DNA from: Burkholderiales bacterium
GTDB lineage: Bacteria > Pseudomonadota > Gammaproteobacteria > Burkholderiales > Burkholderiaceae_C
Direction: 5' to 3'
NCBI GenBank assembly: GCA_016185015.1
Contig: JACPOI010000004.1
Span: forward strand, 29,778 to 93,777
DNA length: 64,000 nt
Shown here: positions 10,939 to 19,495 of the stretch, in pieces
Layout: each line of letters starts with the position of its first letter
How positions within the stretch are numbered: the first letter of the stretch is position 1
The notes under the pieces: model-generated
The model's database searches: none
What the model saw: the letters and a program-made list of their open reading frames with translations, nothing else
What the model was told of the DNA's origin: nothing
Position numbers and translations under genes: made by a program

Positions 10939-12150
10939 TCAGCTCTCGGCCAGGAAAGATTTCACCAGGGGCACCAGCAGGCCCACCACTTCGTCGGCCT
11001 CGGCCGTCGTCATGATGAGCGCAGGCACCAGGCGGATCACGCTGTCGGCCGTCACGCTGATCAGCAGGCCGGCGTCGGCCGCGCGCGTGAGCAGCACGCC
11101 GCAGGGCTTGGCCAGTTCCACGCCGATCATCAGGCCCTGGCCGCGGATGTCCTTGACGCCGGGCAGCTGGCCCAGTTCGCGCTCCAGTGCGGCCTTGAGG
11201 TGGGCGCCAACCTTGGCGGCGTTTTCCAGCAGGCGGTCCTCTTCCATGATGCGGATGGTCTCGATGCCGGCGCGCATGGCCAGCGGGTTGCCGCCGAAGG
11301 TGGTGCCGTGGTTGCCGGGCTGGAAGATGTTGGCCGCCTTGGGGCCGGCCACCACAGCGCCGATGGGCACGCCCGAGCCCAGACCCTTGGCCAGGGGCAT
11401 GACGTCGGGTTGGATACCGGCCCACTGGTGGGCGAACCACTTGCCGGTGCGGCCCATGCCGCACTGCACTTCGTCGATCATGAGCAGCCAGTCCTGCTGG
11501 TCGCAGAGCTTGCGCACCTGCTGCAGGTATTCGGCGCGCATGGCATTGATGCCGCCTTCGCCCTGGATGGTCTCGAAGAACACGGCCACCACATTGGGGT
11601 TGCCGGCCGTGGCCTTCTTGAGCGCCTCGATGTCGTTGAGGGGCACGCGGATGAAACCTTCCACCAGCGGGCCGAAGCCCTTCTGCACCTTCTCGTTACC
11701 GGTGGCGCTCAGGGTGGCGATGGAGCGGCCATGGAAGGCCTTCTCGTAGACCACGATCTGGGGTTTGTCGATGCCCTTGTCATGGCCGAACTTGCGCGCC
11801 AGCTTCAGGGCGGCTTCGTTCGCTTCCAGCCCCGTGGAGCAGAAGAACACATTGCTCATGCCCGACAGTTCGACCAGCTTCGTGGCGAGCTGCTCCTGGC
11901 CGGTCACGTGGTAGTAGTTCGAGGTGTGGATGAGCTTGGTCAGCTGGTCCTGGAGGGCCGGCACCAGGCGGGGGTGGTTGTGGCCCAGGGTGTTGACGGC
12001 GATGCCGGCCAGTGCATCCAGGTATTCCTTGCCGTTGATGTCCCAGACGCGGCAGCCCTGGCCGTGCGACAGCGCGATCGGCACGCGGCCGTAGGTGTTC
12101 ATCACGTGGGGGGACGCGGCTTCGACGGGCTTGGCGGCGGGGGCGTTCAT
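10939..12150 (-). CDS. argD: acetylornithine / succinyl-diaminopimelate aminotransferase (class III PLP enzyme)
   Basis: The internal ATG at 12148-12150 gives MNAPAAKPVEAASPHVMNTYGRVPIALSHGQGCRVWDINGKEYLDALAGIAVNTLGH. It also has LLMIDEVQCGMGRTGKWFA. The track ORF start at 12333 is an over-extension. Confidence 0.9.
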   Translation of the reverse strand: MNAPAAKPVEAASPHVMNTYGRVPIALSHGQGCRVWDINGKEYLDALAGIAVNTLGHNHPRLVPALQDQLTKLIHTSNYYHVTGQEQLATKLVELSGMSNVFFCSTGLEANEAALKLARKFGHDKGIDKPQIVVYEKAFHGRSIATLSATGNEKVQKGFGPLVEGFIRVPLNDIEALKKATAGNPNVVAVFFETIQGEGGINAMRAEYLQQVRKLCDQQDWLLMIDEVQCGMGRTGKWFAHQWAGIQPDVMPLAKGLGSGVPIGAVVAGPKAANIFQPGNHGTTFGGNPLAMRAGIETIRIMEEDRLLENAAKVGAHLKAALERELGQLPGVKDIRGQGLMIGVELAKPCGVLLTRAADAGLLISVTADSVIRLVPALIMTTAEADEVVGLLVPLVKSFLAES

Positions 12151-12389
12151 GGCTACACACTCCGGAGAGATCACAAAACAAGGCGGCCCAACGCAGGTTG
12201 GGCCGTTGAGACATGATTTTAGGGCCTGTTCCAGCACTTTTTGCAAGTGTGCCCAGGCGGTTCGGCGCAGACGAGCGCTGCGTTGCCAGGGTAGGCTCCA
12301 AGTCTTATATAAGATACAATACTCGCAACCCACCCGCTGCCGGACCAGCTGCTGTACCCAGCCCGCGTCCGGCGCCCGAGTCCCAACCC

Positions 12390-12704
12390 ATGGTCTCCAA
12401 CGCCGCCAAGGAAGTCTTCATTCTCGGTCTCACCCGGACCGGCAAGGCTTTTCGTCCCAGTGACTGGGCCGAGCGCCTGGCCGGCGTGATGAGCCCCTTC
12501 CGTCCGGGCGGCCCGCAGCCTGGTAGCCACCTGCGTTATTCCCCCTGGTGCATCCCCAGCTCGCTCGATGGCATCAAGTGCGTGATCGTGAACCGCGAGC
12601 TGCGCGATGCCGAGCCCATGGCCTGGGACTTCTGCATCAATTTCGCACGTGACAACAATCTGCAGGTGCGCGAATATGACGCGCAAGGCCGGCTCATCGC
12701 CTAG
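12390..12704 (+). CDS. DUF3579-like small conserved protein
   Basis: The ATG at 12390 gives MVSNAAKEVFILGLTRTGKAFRPSDWAERLAGVMSPFRPG...CVIVNRELRDAEPMAWDFCINFARDNNLQV. The family assignment is from memory. Confidence 0.65.
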   Translation: MVSNAAKEVFILGLTRTGKAFRPSDWAERLAGVMSPFRPGGPQPGSHLRYSPWCIPSSLDGIKCVIVNRELRDAEPMAWDFCINFARDNNLQVREYDAQGRLIA

Positions 12705-12969
12705 GGCCTATTCACACCAATTTCTCAAGTGCGAACGCGGTGAAAACAGCGCCAATCTAGGCGCGCGACGACGCCCAGGCTAACCGCCTGGGCTAGGAGT
12801 GCAACAACGAGTGGCGCTGTTTTCACCCCGTTCCCTCTGGGTTGCGGCCAAAAAGGCCATGCGGGGTGTTGCGCGGACTTGCCGGGGGTGACCCCGTCGG
12901 CGTCCACGCGCCTACCGCATAACTTTTTTGATCCGCAACGCATCTTGAGAAATTGGTGTGAACAGGCCC
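12704..12969. mobile_element. non-autonomous MITE-like element (266 bp) with 26-bp terminal inverted repeats and TA target-site duplication
   Basis: Left TIR 12704-12729 is GGGCCTATTCACACCAATTTCTCAAG. The right TIR 12944-12969 reverse-complements to GGGCCTGTTCACACCAATTTCTCAAG (25/26 match). TA flanks both ends (12702-3 and 12970-1). There are nested internal inverted repeats (12733-12753 vs 12813-12833, 20/21). No credible ORF lies inside. Confidence 0.65.
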
Positions 12970-12985
12970 TAATCCCTTGCGCCCA

Positions 12986-13016
12986 CAAAAAAGCCGCTCA
13001 AAGAGCGGCTTTTTTG
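12986..13016. terminator. bidirectional rho-independent terminator (serves rpsT, and possibly the DUF3579 gene)
   Basis: AAAAAAGCCGCTC-AAA-GAGCGGCTTTTTT: a 7-bp GC stem with an A-run on one side and a T-run on the other. Confidence 0.75.
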
Positions 13017-13083
13017 CTTTGCTGATAGCGCACCCGTTACAAACGGCAGACCCTTTTCAGGATCCGTGCGATTTGCCTGAGAT

Positions 13084-13380
13084 TCAGGCGGCGGCCAGGG
13101 CCTTGACCTTGGTCGACAGGCGGCTCTTGTCGCGAGCAGCCTTGTTCTTGTGGAAGATGCCCTTGTCGGCCACGGTGTCCACCACGGCCTGCATCTTGCC
13201 AAACAGCTCGGTGGCTTTGGCTTTGTCGCCAGCGAGAACGGCTTTTTCAACGTTCTTCACGGCGGTGCGGTATTTGGAGCGCAGGGACGTGTTGGCTGCA
13301 TTCAGCTTGACGTCCTGACGTGCGCGTTTGCGGCCCGACGCCAGGCGCGGGTTCTTTTTCTTGGGCTTTCCAGATGCCAT
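13084..13380 (-). CDS. rpsT: 30S ribosomal protein S20
   Basis: 98 aa: [48 protein letters not shown]... Confidence 0.95.
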   Translation of the reverse strand: MASGKPKKKNPRLASGRKRARQDVKLNAANTSLRSKYRTAVKNVEKAVLAGDKAKATELFGKMQAVVDTVADKGIFHKNKAARDKSRLSTKVKALAAA

Positions 13381-13497
13381 ATCAATAGTTCCTTGTGTCT
13401 GTGGATGATGTCAGCAAAGCCGACTATTGTAGCAGCTTGTGGCGGGTCATGTAAGTGAGCGCTCAGGGGACGGGGAGCCCGGCTACACTCGCTCTCA

Positions 13498-15069
13498 ATG
13501 AGCCTCTTCAAAGCCGCCTCGACGGTCTCCTTGCTGACCCTGGCCTCGCGGATCACGGGCCTGGCACGTGAACTGCTGATTGCCACCACCTTTGGCGCCA
13601 GTGCCCTGACCGACGCCTTCAACGTCGCCTTTCGCATCCCCAATCTGTTCCGGCGCCTGTTTGCCGAAGGGGCGTTCAGCCAGGCTTTCGTGCCGGTGTT
13701 GGCCACGGTCAAGGAACAACAGGGCGAGCAGGCCACGCGCCAGCTGGTCGACCGCGTGGCCACGGTGCTGGCCTGGGTGTTGCTGGGGGTGAGCGTGCTG
13801 GGAGTGCTGGCCTCACCGTTGCTGGTCTGGCTGATGGCCGCGGGCTTGCGCAAGATGGAGGCGGGCAACGCCTTTGACGCGGCCGTCGTCATGACGCGCT
13901 GGATGTTCCCCTATATCGCCTGCATGTCGCTGGTGGCGCTGGGCGCCGGCGTGCTCAACACCTGGAAGCGTTTTGCCGTGCCGGCAGCCACGCCGGTGCT
14001 GCTGAATGTCGCGATGATCGCCGCGGCCTGGCTGGGGGCGCCCTGGTTCCAGACCCTGGGTATCGAGCCCATCTACGCGCTGGCGGCCGGCGTTTTGGCG
14101 GGCGGACTGCTGCAACTGGGCGCACAACTGCTGGCCTTGCGGCGCATCGGTCTGTTTCCCTCCATCGGCCTGAGTCCCTCGGCGCTGCGTGCTGCCTGGG
14201 CCGACGAGGGTACACAACGCGTGCTCAAGCTCATGGCGCCGGCGCTGCTGGGCGTGAGTGTGGCCCAGATCTCGCTGTTGATCAACACGCAGATCGCCTC
14301 GCATCTGGCGCCGGGCAGCGTGAGCTGGCTCAGCTACGCCGACCGCCTGATGGAGTTCCCGGTGGCCCTGCTGGGCGTGGCCCTGGGGGTGGTGCTGATG
14401 CCGCAGCTGGCGGCGGCCAAGGCCGCCGACGACGCAGCGCGTTATTCGGCCATGCTGGACTGGGGCCTGCGTTTGGTCGTGCTGCTGGCCGTGCCCTGCG
14501 CGGTGGCCTTGCTGACCTTTTCGACCCCTCTGGTGTCGGTGCTTTACCACTACGGTGCCTTCAGCGCACGTGATGTACAGATGACATCCCTGGCCTTGAT
14601 GGGCTGGGGCGTGGGCCTGCTGGGGGTGGTGGCGATCAAGGTGCTGGCCCCGGGTTATTACGCCAGCCAGGACATCCGCACGCCGGTGCGCATCGCCATC
14701 GTGGTGCTGGTCTTCACGCAGCTGCTCAACATCGTGCTGGTGCCGCTGCTGCAGCATGCGGCGCTGGCCTTGTCCATCGGCATCGGCGCCATGGTCAATG
14801 CCGTCTGGCTGCTGGTCGGCCTGTTGCGCCGCGGCAGCTACAAGCCCTCGCCGGGCTGGGGCGTGTTCGCGCTGCAGGTGCTGGCCGCCTCGGCGCTGCT
14901 GACCGTGTTCCTGATGTGGGCCGCCAGTGCCTTCGACTGGACACGCCTGCAGGCCCAGGTGGGCTGGCGCATCGGTCTGCTGGCGTTGCTGGTGCTCGGC
15001 GCCGCTGCCATCTACCTGGGGGCCGTCTGGGCCGCGGGCCTGCGTTTCCGGCAATTCTTGAAGCGCTAG
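13498..15069 (+). CDS. murJ: murein biosynthesis integral membrane protein MurJ (lipid II flippase)
   Basis: 523 aa and polytopic. N-terminus SLLTLASRITGLARELLIATTFGASALTDAFNVAFRIPNLFRRLFAEGAFSQAFVPVL. Confidence 0.93.
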   Translation: MSLFKAASTVSLLTLASRITGLARELLIATTFGASALTDAFNVAFRIPNLFRRLFAEGAFSQAFVPVLATVKEQQGEQATRQLVDRVATVLAWVLLGVSVLGVLASPLLVWLMAAGLRKMEAGNAFDAAVVMTRWMFPYIACMSLVALGAGVLNTWKRFAVPAATPVLLNVAMIAAAWLGAPWFQTLGIEPIYALAAGVLAGGLLQLGAQLLALRRIGLFPSIGLSPSALRAAWADEGTQRVLKLMAPALLGVSVAQISLLINTQIASHLAPGSVSWLSYADRLMEFPVALLGVALGVVLMPQLAAAKAADDAARYSAMLDWGLRLVVLLAVPCAVALLTFSTPLVSVLYHYGAFSARDVQMTSLALMGWGVGLLGVVAIKVLAPGYYASQDIRTPVRIAIVVLVFTQLLNIVLVPLLQHAALALSIGIGAMVNAVWLLVGLLRRGSYKPSPGWGVFALQVLAASALLTVFLMWAASAFDWTRLQAQVGWRIGLLALLVLGAAAIYLGAVWAAGLRFRQFLKR

Positions 15070-15083
15070 GGGCTTGGGCCGCC

Positions 15084-15935
15084 ATGAATCTGTCCTTCAA
15101 GCTGCCCACGCCGCTGGACTACTTCGGGACCCTGGTCCAGAGCGACGCGCAGTTCCATCTGCTCGAAGTTGCCGTGAGCCTGGGACAGGACGACTACCCG
15201 CAGCTGGACGTGCAGCAGGTGCTGGCCGAGGTGGATGCCCTGCTGGCACGCCTGCACCGGCGCCTGCCAGCCGACGCGCCCGCCATGCACCGGCTGCGCC
15301 TGCTCAACCATTTCTTCTTCCACGATCTGCATTTCGGCGGCAACCTCAACCACTATTACGACCCGGATAACAGCTATGTGCACCGTGTGCTGGAGCGCCG
15401 GCGCGGCATTCCGGTTTCGCTGGCCGTGCTGTGGCTGGAACTGGCGCAAGGCCTGGGCCTGCCGGCGCGTGGGGTGGGTTTCCCCGGGCACTTTCTGGTC
15501 AAGGTCAACCTGCCGCATGCCCAGGTGGTGATCGATCCTTTCAGCGGCCAGTCCCTCGGCCGCGAGGAATTGCAGGCGCGCCTGGATGCCTGGCGCAGCA
15601 GCCATGGCCTGCCCGCTGCCTCCGATCTGCCGCTGGGCCACTACCTGCAGGCCATGCCGGCGCGCGAGATCGTTGCGCGCATGCTGCGCAACCTCAAGGA
15701 AATCCATCGCATGCAGCAGGACTGGGTGCGACTGGTGGCGGTGGAGGACCGGCTGCTGGTGCTGCTGCCACAGGCCTGGGAGGAATACCGCGACCGCGGC
15801 CTCGCGCGAGTCGAACTGGGGCAGCTGGAGCCGGCGCTAAGGGATCTGGAGATCTACCTGGGGCAGGCGGGGGAGGGTGACGATGCGGTCGCCATCACGC
15901 TACGCGTGGCCGAACTGCGCCGCGCGCTGAACTGA
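15084..15935 (+). CDS. SirB1-family protein (transglutaminase-like plus TPR, UPF0162)
   Basis: The ATG at 15084 gives MNLSFKLPTPLDYF. It has the conserved block YYDPDNSYVHRVLERRRGIPVSLAVLWLELAQGLGLPARGVGFPGHFLVK. Confidence 0.75.
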   Translation: MNLSFKLPTPLDYFGTLVQSDAQFHLLEVAVSLGQDDYPQLDVQQVLAEVDALLARLHRRLPADAPAMHRLRLLNHFFFHDLHFGGNLNHYYDPDNSYVHRVLERRRGIPVSLAVLWLELAQGLGLPARGVGFPGHFLVKVNLPHAQVVIDPFSGQSLGREELQARLDAWRSSHGLPAASDLPLGHYLQAMPAREIVARMLRNLKEIHRMQQDWVRLVAVEDRLLVLLPQAWEEYRDRGLARVELGQLEPALRDLEIYLGQAGEGDDAVAITLRVAELRRALN

Positions 15936-15948
15936 GGCCCTCAGGGCC

Positions 15949-16980
15949 TCAGCACTTCACCAGTTTCAGGAAGGATGGGATGGGAGGCGCTTCCTGCGCC
16001 TGGGTCGTCTCGACCGCGCGCATGGGTGCGGGCGTGGTGCGCAGCGGGGCGTTGCCGGTCACCCGGTCCAGCACGCGCGTGTTGTTCAAGCGTGTGACAG
16101 CCGGTTGCGGCCGTGAGGCCAGCATGCGCGGCACGGGCACAGGCGTTTCGCGTGCCTGCGGGCTTGGGGCGGGGCGGGCGGCGGGTGCCGTGATCGGGCT
16201 GGGGTGGACTGCGGGGCTGGCCGGCGCGACGCTCTGCGCAGCCAGCAGCCGGCTGGGCAGGGGCGCGGGCGCGACAGGCGGGCGGGCGGGCAAGGAGGAA
16301 GGCGCGGCCGCGTGCGTCTGGGCCGGGCGGCCGGAAGTCGCCGCCGGTGCTGTGGCCAGCTGGGGTTCGAGCCAACCCAGGATGGGTTCCCACTGGCGCA
16401 GGTCCGTGCTGACACGATCAGGCGACAGGTCGAACAGGGTCATGCCGCGTTCCAGGCACTGCACATAGGCCTGACTTTCACGCAGCACACCGAGGAAGGG
16501 CATGCCCAGGCCGGTGGCCCAGTCCTTGAGGACCTGGGGGGTGCGGGTGCGGGTGTCGATGCGCATGCCGATGCAGGCGACCTTGCAACGGCCCGTGGCC
16601 ACGCGCGGTAGCGCCATGAGTTCGGCGTGGCAGTCGGCGGCCGATTCACGGTCGAAGGCCGAGCCGCACACGGGCATGAGGATGATGTCGGCGAACATGA
16701 CCATGCGCGCCAGGTCGAAGCCGTGCAGGCCTCCCGGCGTATCCAGCACCACGTGGGTGATGCCGGTCGGCACGCGCAGGATGTTCTGATCCACGGTCCA
16801 GGGGGCGATGGCGGGCAGGGCTTCGCTGCGCTTGCGCAGCCAGGAGCGGGTCGATTGCTGCCGGTCCACATCGCCGAGCATGACCGCGCTGCCCTGATGG
16901 GCACACCAAGCCGCGAGGTGGGCTGCGAGCGTGCTCTTGCCGCTTCCCCCCTTGCGATTGACTACAGCGATCACAGGCAT
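15949..16980 (-). CDS. orphan ParA/MinD-family P-loop ATPase with a long Pro/Ala-rich C-terminal extension
   Basis: The ATG at 16978-16980 is preceded by AGGAG. It begins MPVIAVVNRKGGSGKSTLAAHLAAW (deviant Walker A). After about 205 aa comes a ~135-aa low-complexity P/A/S/T tail ending PIPSFLKLVKC. The 567-aa track ORF is an over-extension into the upstream MFS gene. Confidence 0.8.
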   Translation of the reverse strand: MPVIAVVNRKGGSGKSTLAAHLAAWCAHQGSAVMLGDVDRQQSTRSWLRKRSEALPAIAPWTVDQNILRVPTGITHVVLDTPGGLHGFDLARMVMFADIILMPVCGSAFDRESAADCHAELMALPRVATGRCKVACIGMRIDTRTRTPQVLKDWATGLGMPFLGVLRESQAYVQCLERGMTLFDLSPDRVSTDLRQWEPILGWLEPQLATAPAATSGRPAQTHAAAPSSLPARPPVAPAPLPSRLLAAQSVAPASPAVHPSPITAPAARPAPSPQARETPVPVPRMLASRPQPAVTRLNNTRVLDRVTGNAPLRTTPAPMRAVETTQAQEAPPIPSFLKLVKC

Positions 16981-17108
16981 GAATGCTCCTGGCGGTGAAC
17001 CAAAAACTGCAGTGTGACCTGAAATAATCTGAAAGTCCAGTGTCAGCGGGTGTGGGCAGCTAGGGATTTTGTAGCGAAAAGCAACACTTGGCCGGACGAG
17101 CCCGGTGC

Positions 17109-18317
17109 TCAGACCGTGCGGTCCAGTGGCGGGGCCGGTTGCCGCAGCGCCAGCAGCACGAGCGCGGCGACGCAAAACACGGCGCCGGCGGCAAAGGTGC
17201 TGGGCGCTCCCCACTGGTCCCACAGCAGCCCGGCCAGGGCGCTGGCCAGCAGCATGGACAGGCCGCTGACCAGGTTGAACATGCCGAAGGCCGTGCCGCG
17301 CAGATCGGCCGGCGCGGTGTCGGCCACCATGGTGGCCAGCAGGCCCTGGGTCATGGCCATGTGCAGGCCCCAGAGCACGACGCCGCCCCAGACAAACAGA
17401 CCACGGTCGCTCCAGGCCAGCAGCGCGTCGGCGCCGATCAGCAGCACCAGGCCCCAGGCCAGCAGCGTGCGGTGATCGACCCGGTCGGCCAGTTTGCCCA
17501 GGGGGTAGGCTCCCAGGGCATAGATCAGGTTCATGACAATCAGCACCAGCGGCACCCAGGCCAGTGGCAGGCCACCCTGCTGGGCGCGCAGCACCAGGAA
17601 GGCTTCGGAAAAGCGCGCCAGCGTGAAGACCGCACCGATGCCCACCACCCACCAGTAGGCCGGTGCCAGCCGGCGCAGGTTCTCGCGCCGGATCGGGTTG
17701 GTGCGCGGGGTGCCGGCCGGGCGCTCGGGCTCTTGCACGCCGAACACGAGCAGGGCGACGCAGAGGAAGGCCGGGATCACGGCCACCCAGAATACGGCGT
17801 GGAAGTCATTGGCCCAGAGCAGCATCAGGCCCATGGCCAGCAGCGGGCCGAGGAAGGCACCTACGGTGTCGAGCGACTGGCGCAGGCCGAAGGCGGCGCC
17901 GCGCAGCGCGGGGGGAGCAATGTCGGCCACCAGCGCATCGCGCGGGGCGCCGCGGATCCCTTTGCCTATTCGGTCCAGCAGCCGGGCAGCGATCACGGGC
18001 TCCAACGTTGTGGCCAGGGCAAACAGCGGTTTGCTCACGGCACCCAGGCTGTAGCCCAGCACGGCCAGCGGCTTGCGCCGGCCCCACCAGTCGCTCAGGG
18101 CGCCGGAGAAGACCTTGACGATCAGGGCCGTGGCCTCGGCCGCGCCTTCGAGCAGGCCGACCACCAGCATGCTGGCGCCCAGGCCGGTGACCAGGAATAC
18201 GGGAAGCAGGCTGTGGATCAGCTCGGACGAGATGTCCATCAGCAGGCTGACGAAGCCCAGCGCCCAGATGCCGGCAGGCATGCGCGGGGGCGGGGGCTGC
18301 ACTTGCTGTTCAGGCAA
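17109..18317 (-). CDS. MFS transporter
   Basis: 402 aa and polytopic: IWALGFVSLLMDISSELIHSLLPVFLVTGLG. The start is uncertain; an alternative ATG lies 36 nt downstream. Confidence 0.8.
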   Translation of the reverse strand: MPEQQVQPPPPRMPAGIWALGFVSLLMDISSELIHSLLPVFLVTGLGASMLVVGLLEGAAEATALIVKVFSGALSDWWGRRKPLAVLGYSLGAVSKPLFALATTLEPVIAARLLDRIGKGIRGAPRDALVADIAPPALRGAAFGLRQSLDTVGAFLGPLLAMGLMLLWANDFHAVFWVAVIPAFLCVALLVFGVQEPERPAGTPRTNPIRRENLRRLAPAYWWVVGIGAVFTLARFSEAFLVLRAQQGGLPLAWVPLVLIVMNLIYALGAYPLGKLADRVDHRTLLAWGLVLLIGADALLAWSDRGLFVWGGVVLWGLHMAMTQGLLATMVADTAPADLRGTAFGMFNLVSGLSMLLASALAGLLWDQWGAPSTFAAGAVFCVAALVLLALRQPAPPLDRTV

Positions 18318-18338
18318 GGTGCACCTGAATGGTCAAGG

Positions 18339-19379
18339 TCAGGCCACGACGACCGGCGCGCCCTGGCCGCGTTCGGCGATGACGCCGATCTCATGGACCT
18401 GTTCACCCAGGCCGCGCAGCGTCTGGGCGGTGGCAGCAGCGCTGGCCGCGTCGACCACCACCACCATGCCGATGCCGTTGTTGAAGGTGCGGTTCATCTC
18501 GAAATCGTCGATGCCGGCGGTCTTCTGCAGCCAGGCGAACAGCTCGGTCTGCGGCCAGCTGCCCTTCTTGAGGTGGGCGGCCGTGCCTTCGGGCAGCACA
18601 CGCGGGATGTTCTCCAGCAGGCCGCCGCCGGTGATGTGGGCCAGCGCCTTGATCGGGTGCTGGGCCAGCGCGGCCAGCACGTTCTTCACGTACAGGCGGG
18701 TCGGCTCCATGACGGCCTGCTTGAAGGGCTTGCCGTCCAGCGTGGCCGGGGTGTTGGCGCCGGCGCGCTCGATGCACTTGCGCACCAGCGAGAAGCCGTT
18801 GGAGTGCACGCCGCTGGAGGCCAGGCCCAGGACCACGTCGCCGGACTTGACGCTCTGGCCGGTCAGGATCTTCGATTTTTCGACGGCGCCGACGCAGAAA
18901 CCTGCCAGGTCGTACTCGCCATCCGGGTACATGCCCGGCATCTCGGCGGTTTCACCGCCGATCAGGGCGCAACCCGAGAGTTCACAGCCTTTGGCAATGC
19001 CGCCCACCACGGCGGCGGCCGTATCCACGTGCAGCTTGCCGCAGGCGAAGTAGTCCAGGAAGAACAGGGGCTCGGCGCCCTGCACCAGGACGTCATTCAC
19101 GCTCATGGCCACCAGGTCGATGCCCACGGTGTCGTGCATATTCCATTCGAAGGCCAGCTTGAGCTTGGTGCCCACGCCGTCGGTGCCCGAGACCAGCACC
19201 GGCTCCTTGTAGCGCTTGGGCACTTCGAACAGGGCGCCGAAGCCGCCGATGCCAGCCAGCACGCCTTCGCGCATGGTCTTTTTGGCCAGGGGTTTGATGC
19301 GCTCGACCAGCGCGTCACCGGCGTCGATGTCGACGCCAGCGTCTTTGTAGCTCAGGGGAGAGGTGGAGGAGTTGGTCAT
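18339..19379 (-). CDS. purM: phosphoribosylformylglycinamidine cyclo-ligase (AIR synthetase)
   Basis: 346 aa: [27 protein letters not shown]...GGFGALF...[14 protein letters not shown]. Confidence 0.95.
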   Translation of the reverse strand: MTNSSTSPLSYKDAGVDIDAGDALVERIKPLAKKTMREGVLAGIGGFGALFEVPKRYKEPVLVSGTDGVGTKLKLAFEWNMHDTVGIDLVAMSVNDVLVQGAEPLFFLDYFACGKLHVDTAAAVVGGIAKGCELSGCALIGGETAEMPGMYPDGEYDLAGFCVGAVEKSKILTGQSVKSGDVVLGLASSGVHSNGFSLVRKCIERAGANTPATLDGKPFKQAVMEPTRLYVKNVLAALAQHPIKALAHITGGGLLENIPRVLPEGTAAHLKKGSWPQTELFAWLQKTAGIDDFEMNRTFNNGIGMVVVVDAASAAATAQTLRGLGEQVHEIGVIAERGQGAPVVVA

Positions 19380-19495
19380 GCTGGGGGCTCTGGTAGGGCG
19401 GGTCGGCGGGCGGCTGTGTGTGTAGTCCGGGCGCCAGCAGGCAAGCCCGATAGAATTCAGCCCTAGATTCTAAGGGTTCACCCCCGTCTGTCTCC

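Noticed and set aside
12220-12231. TAGGGCCTGTTC, identical to the outer 12 nt of the MITE right end, in the argD/DUF3579 promoter region (a possible solo TIR).
   Set aside because: A 12-nt identity is at chance level for this window. The next 14 nt match the TIR only poorly, and no partner repeat exists.
15949-17652. A 567-aa ORF extending the ParA-like gene upstream through the MFS transporter gene.
   Set aside because: The extension is an alternative frame of a convincing MFS gene. The ParA N-terminus MPVIAVVNRKGGSGKST, with AGGAG upstream at 16980, is the natural start.
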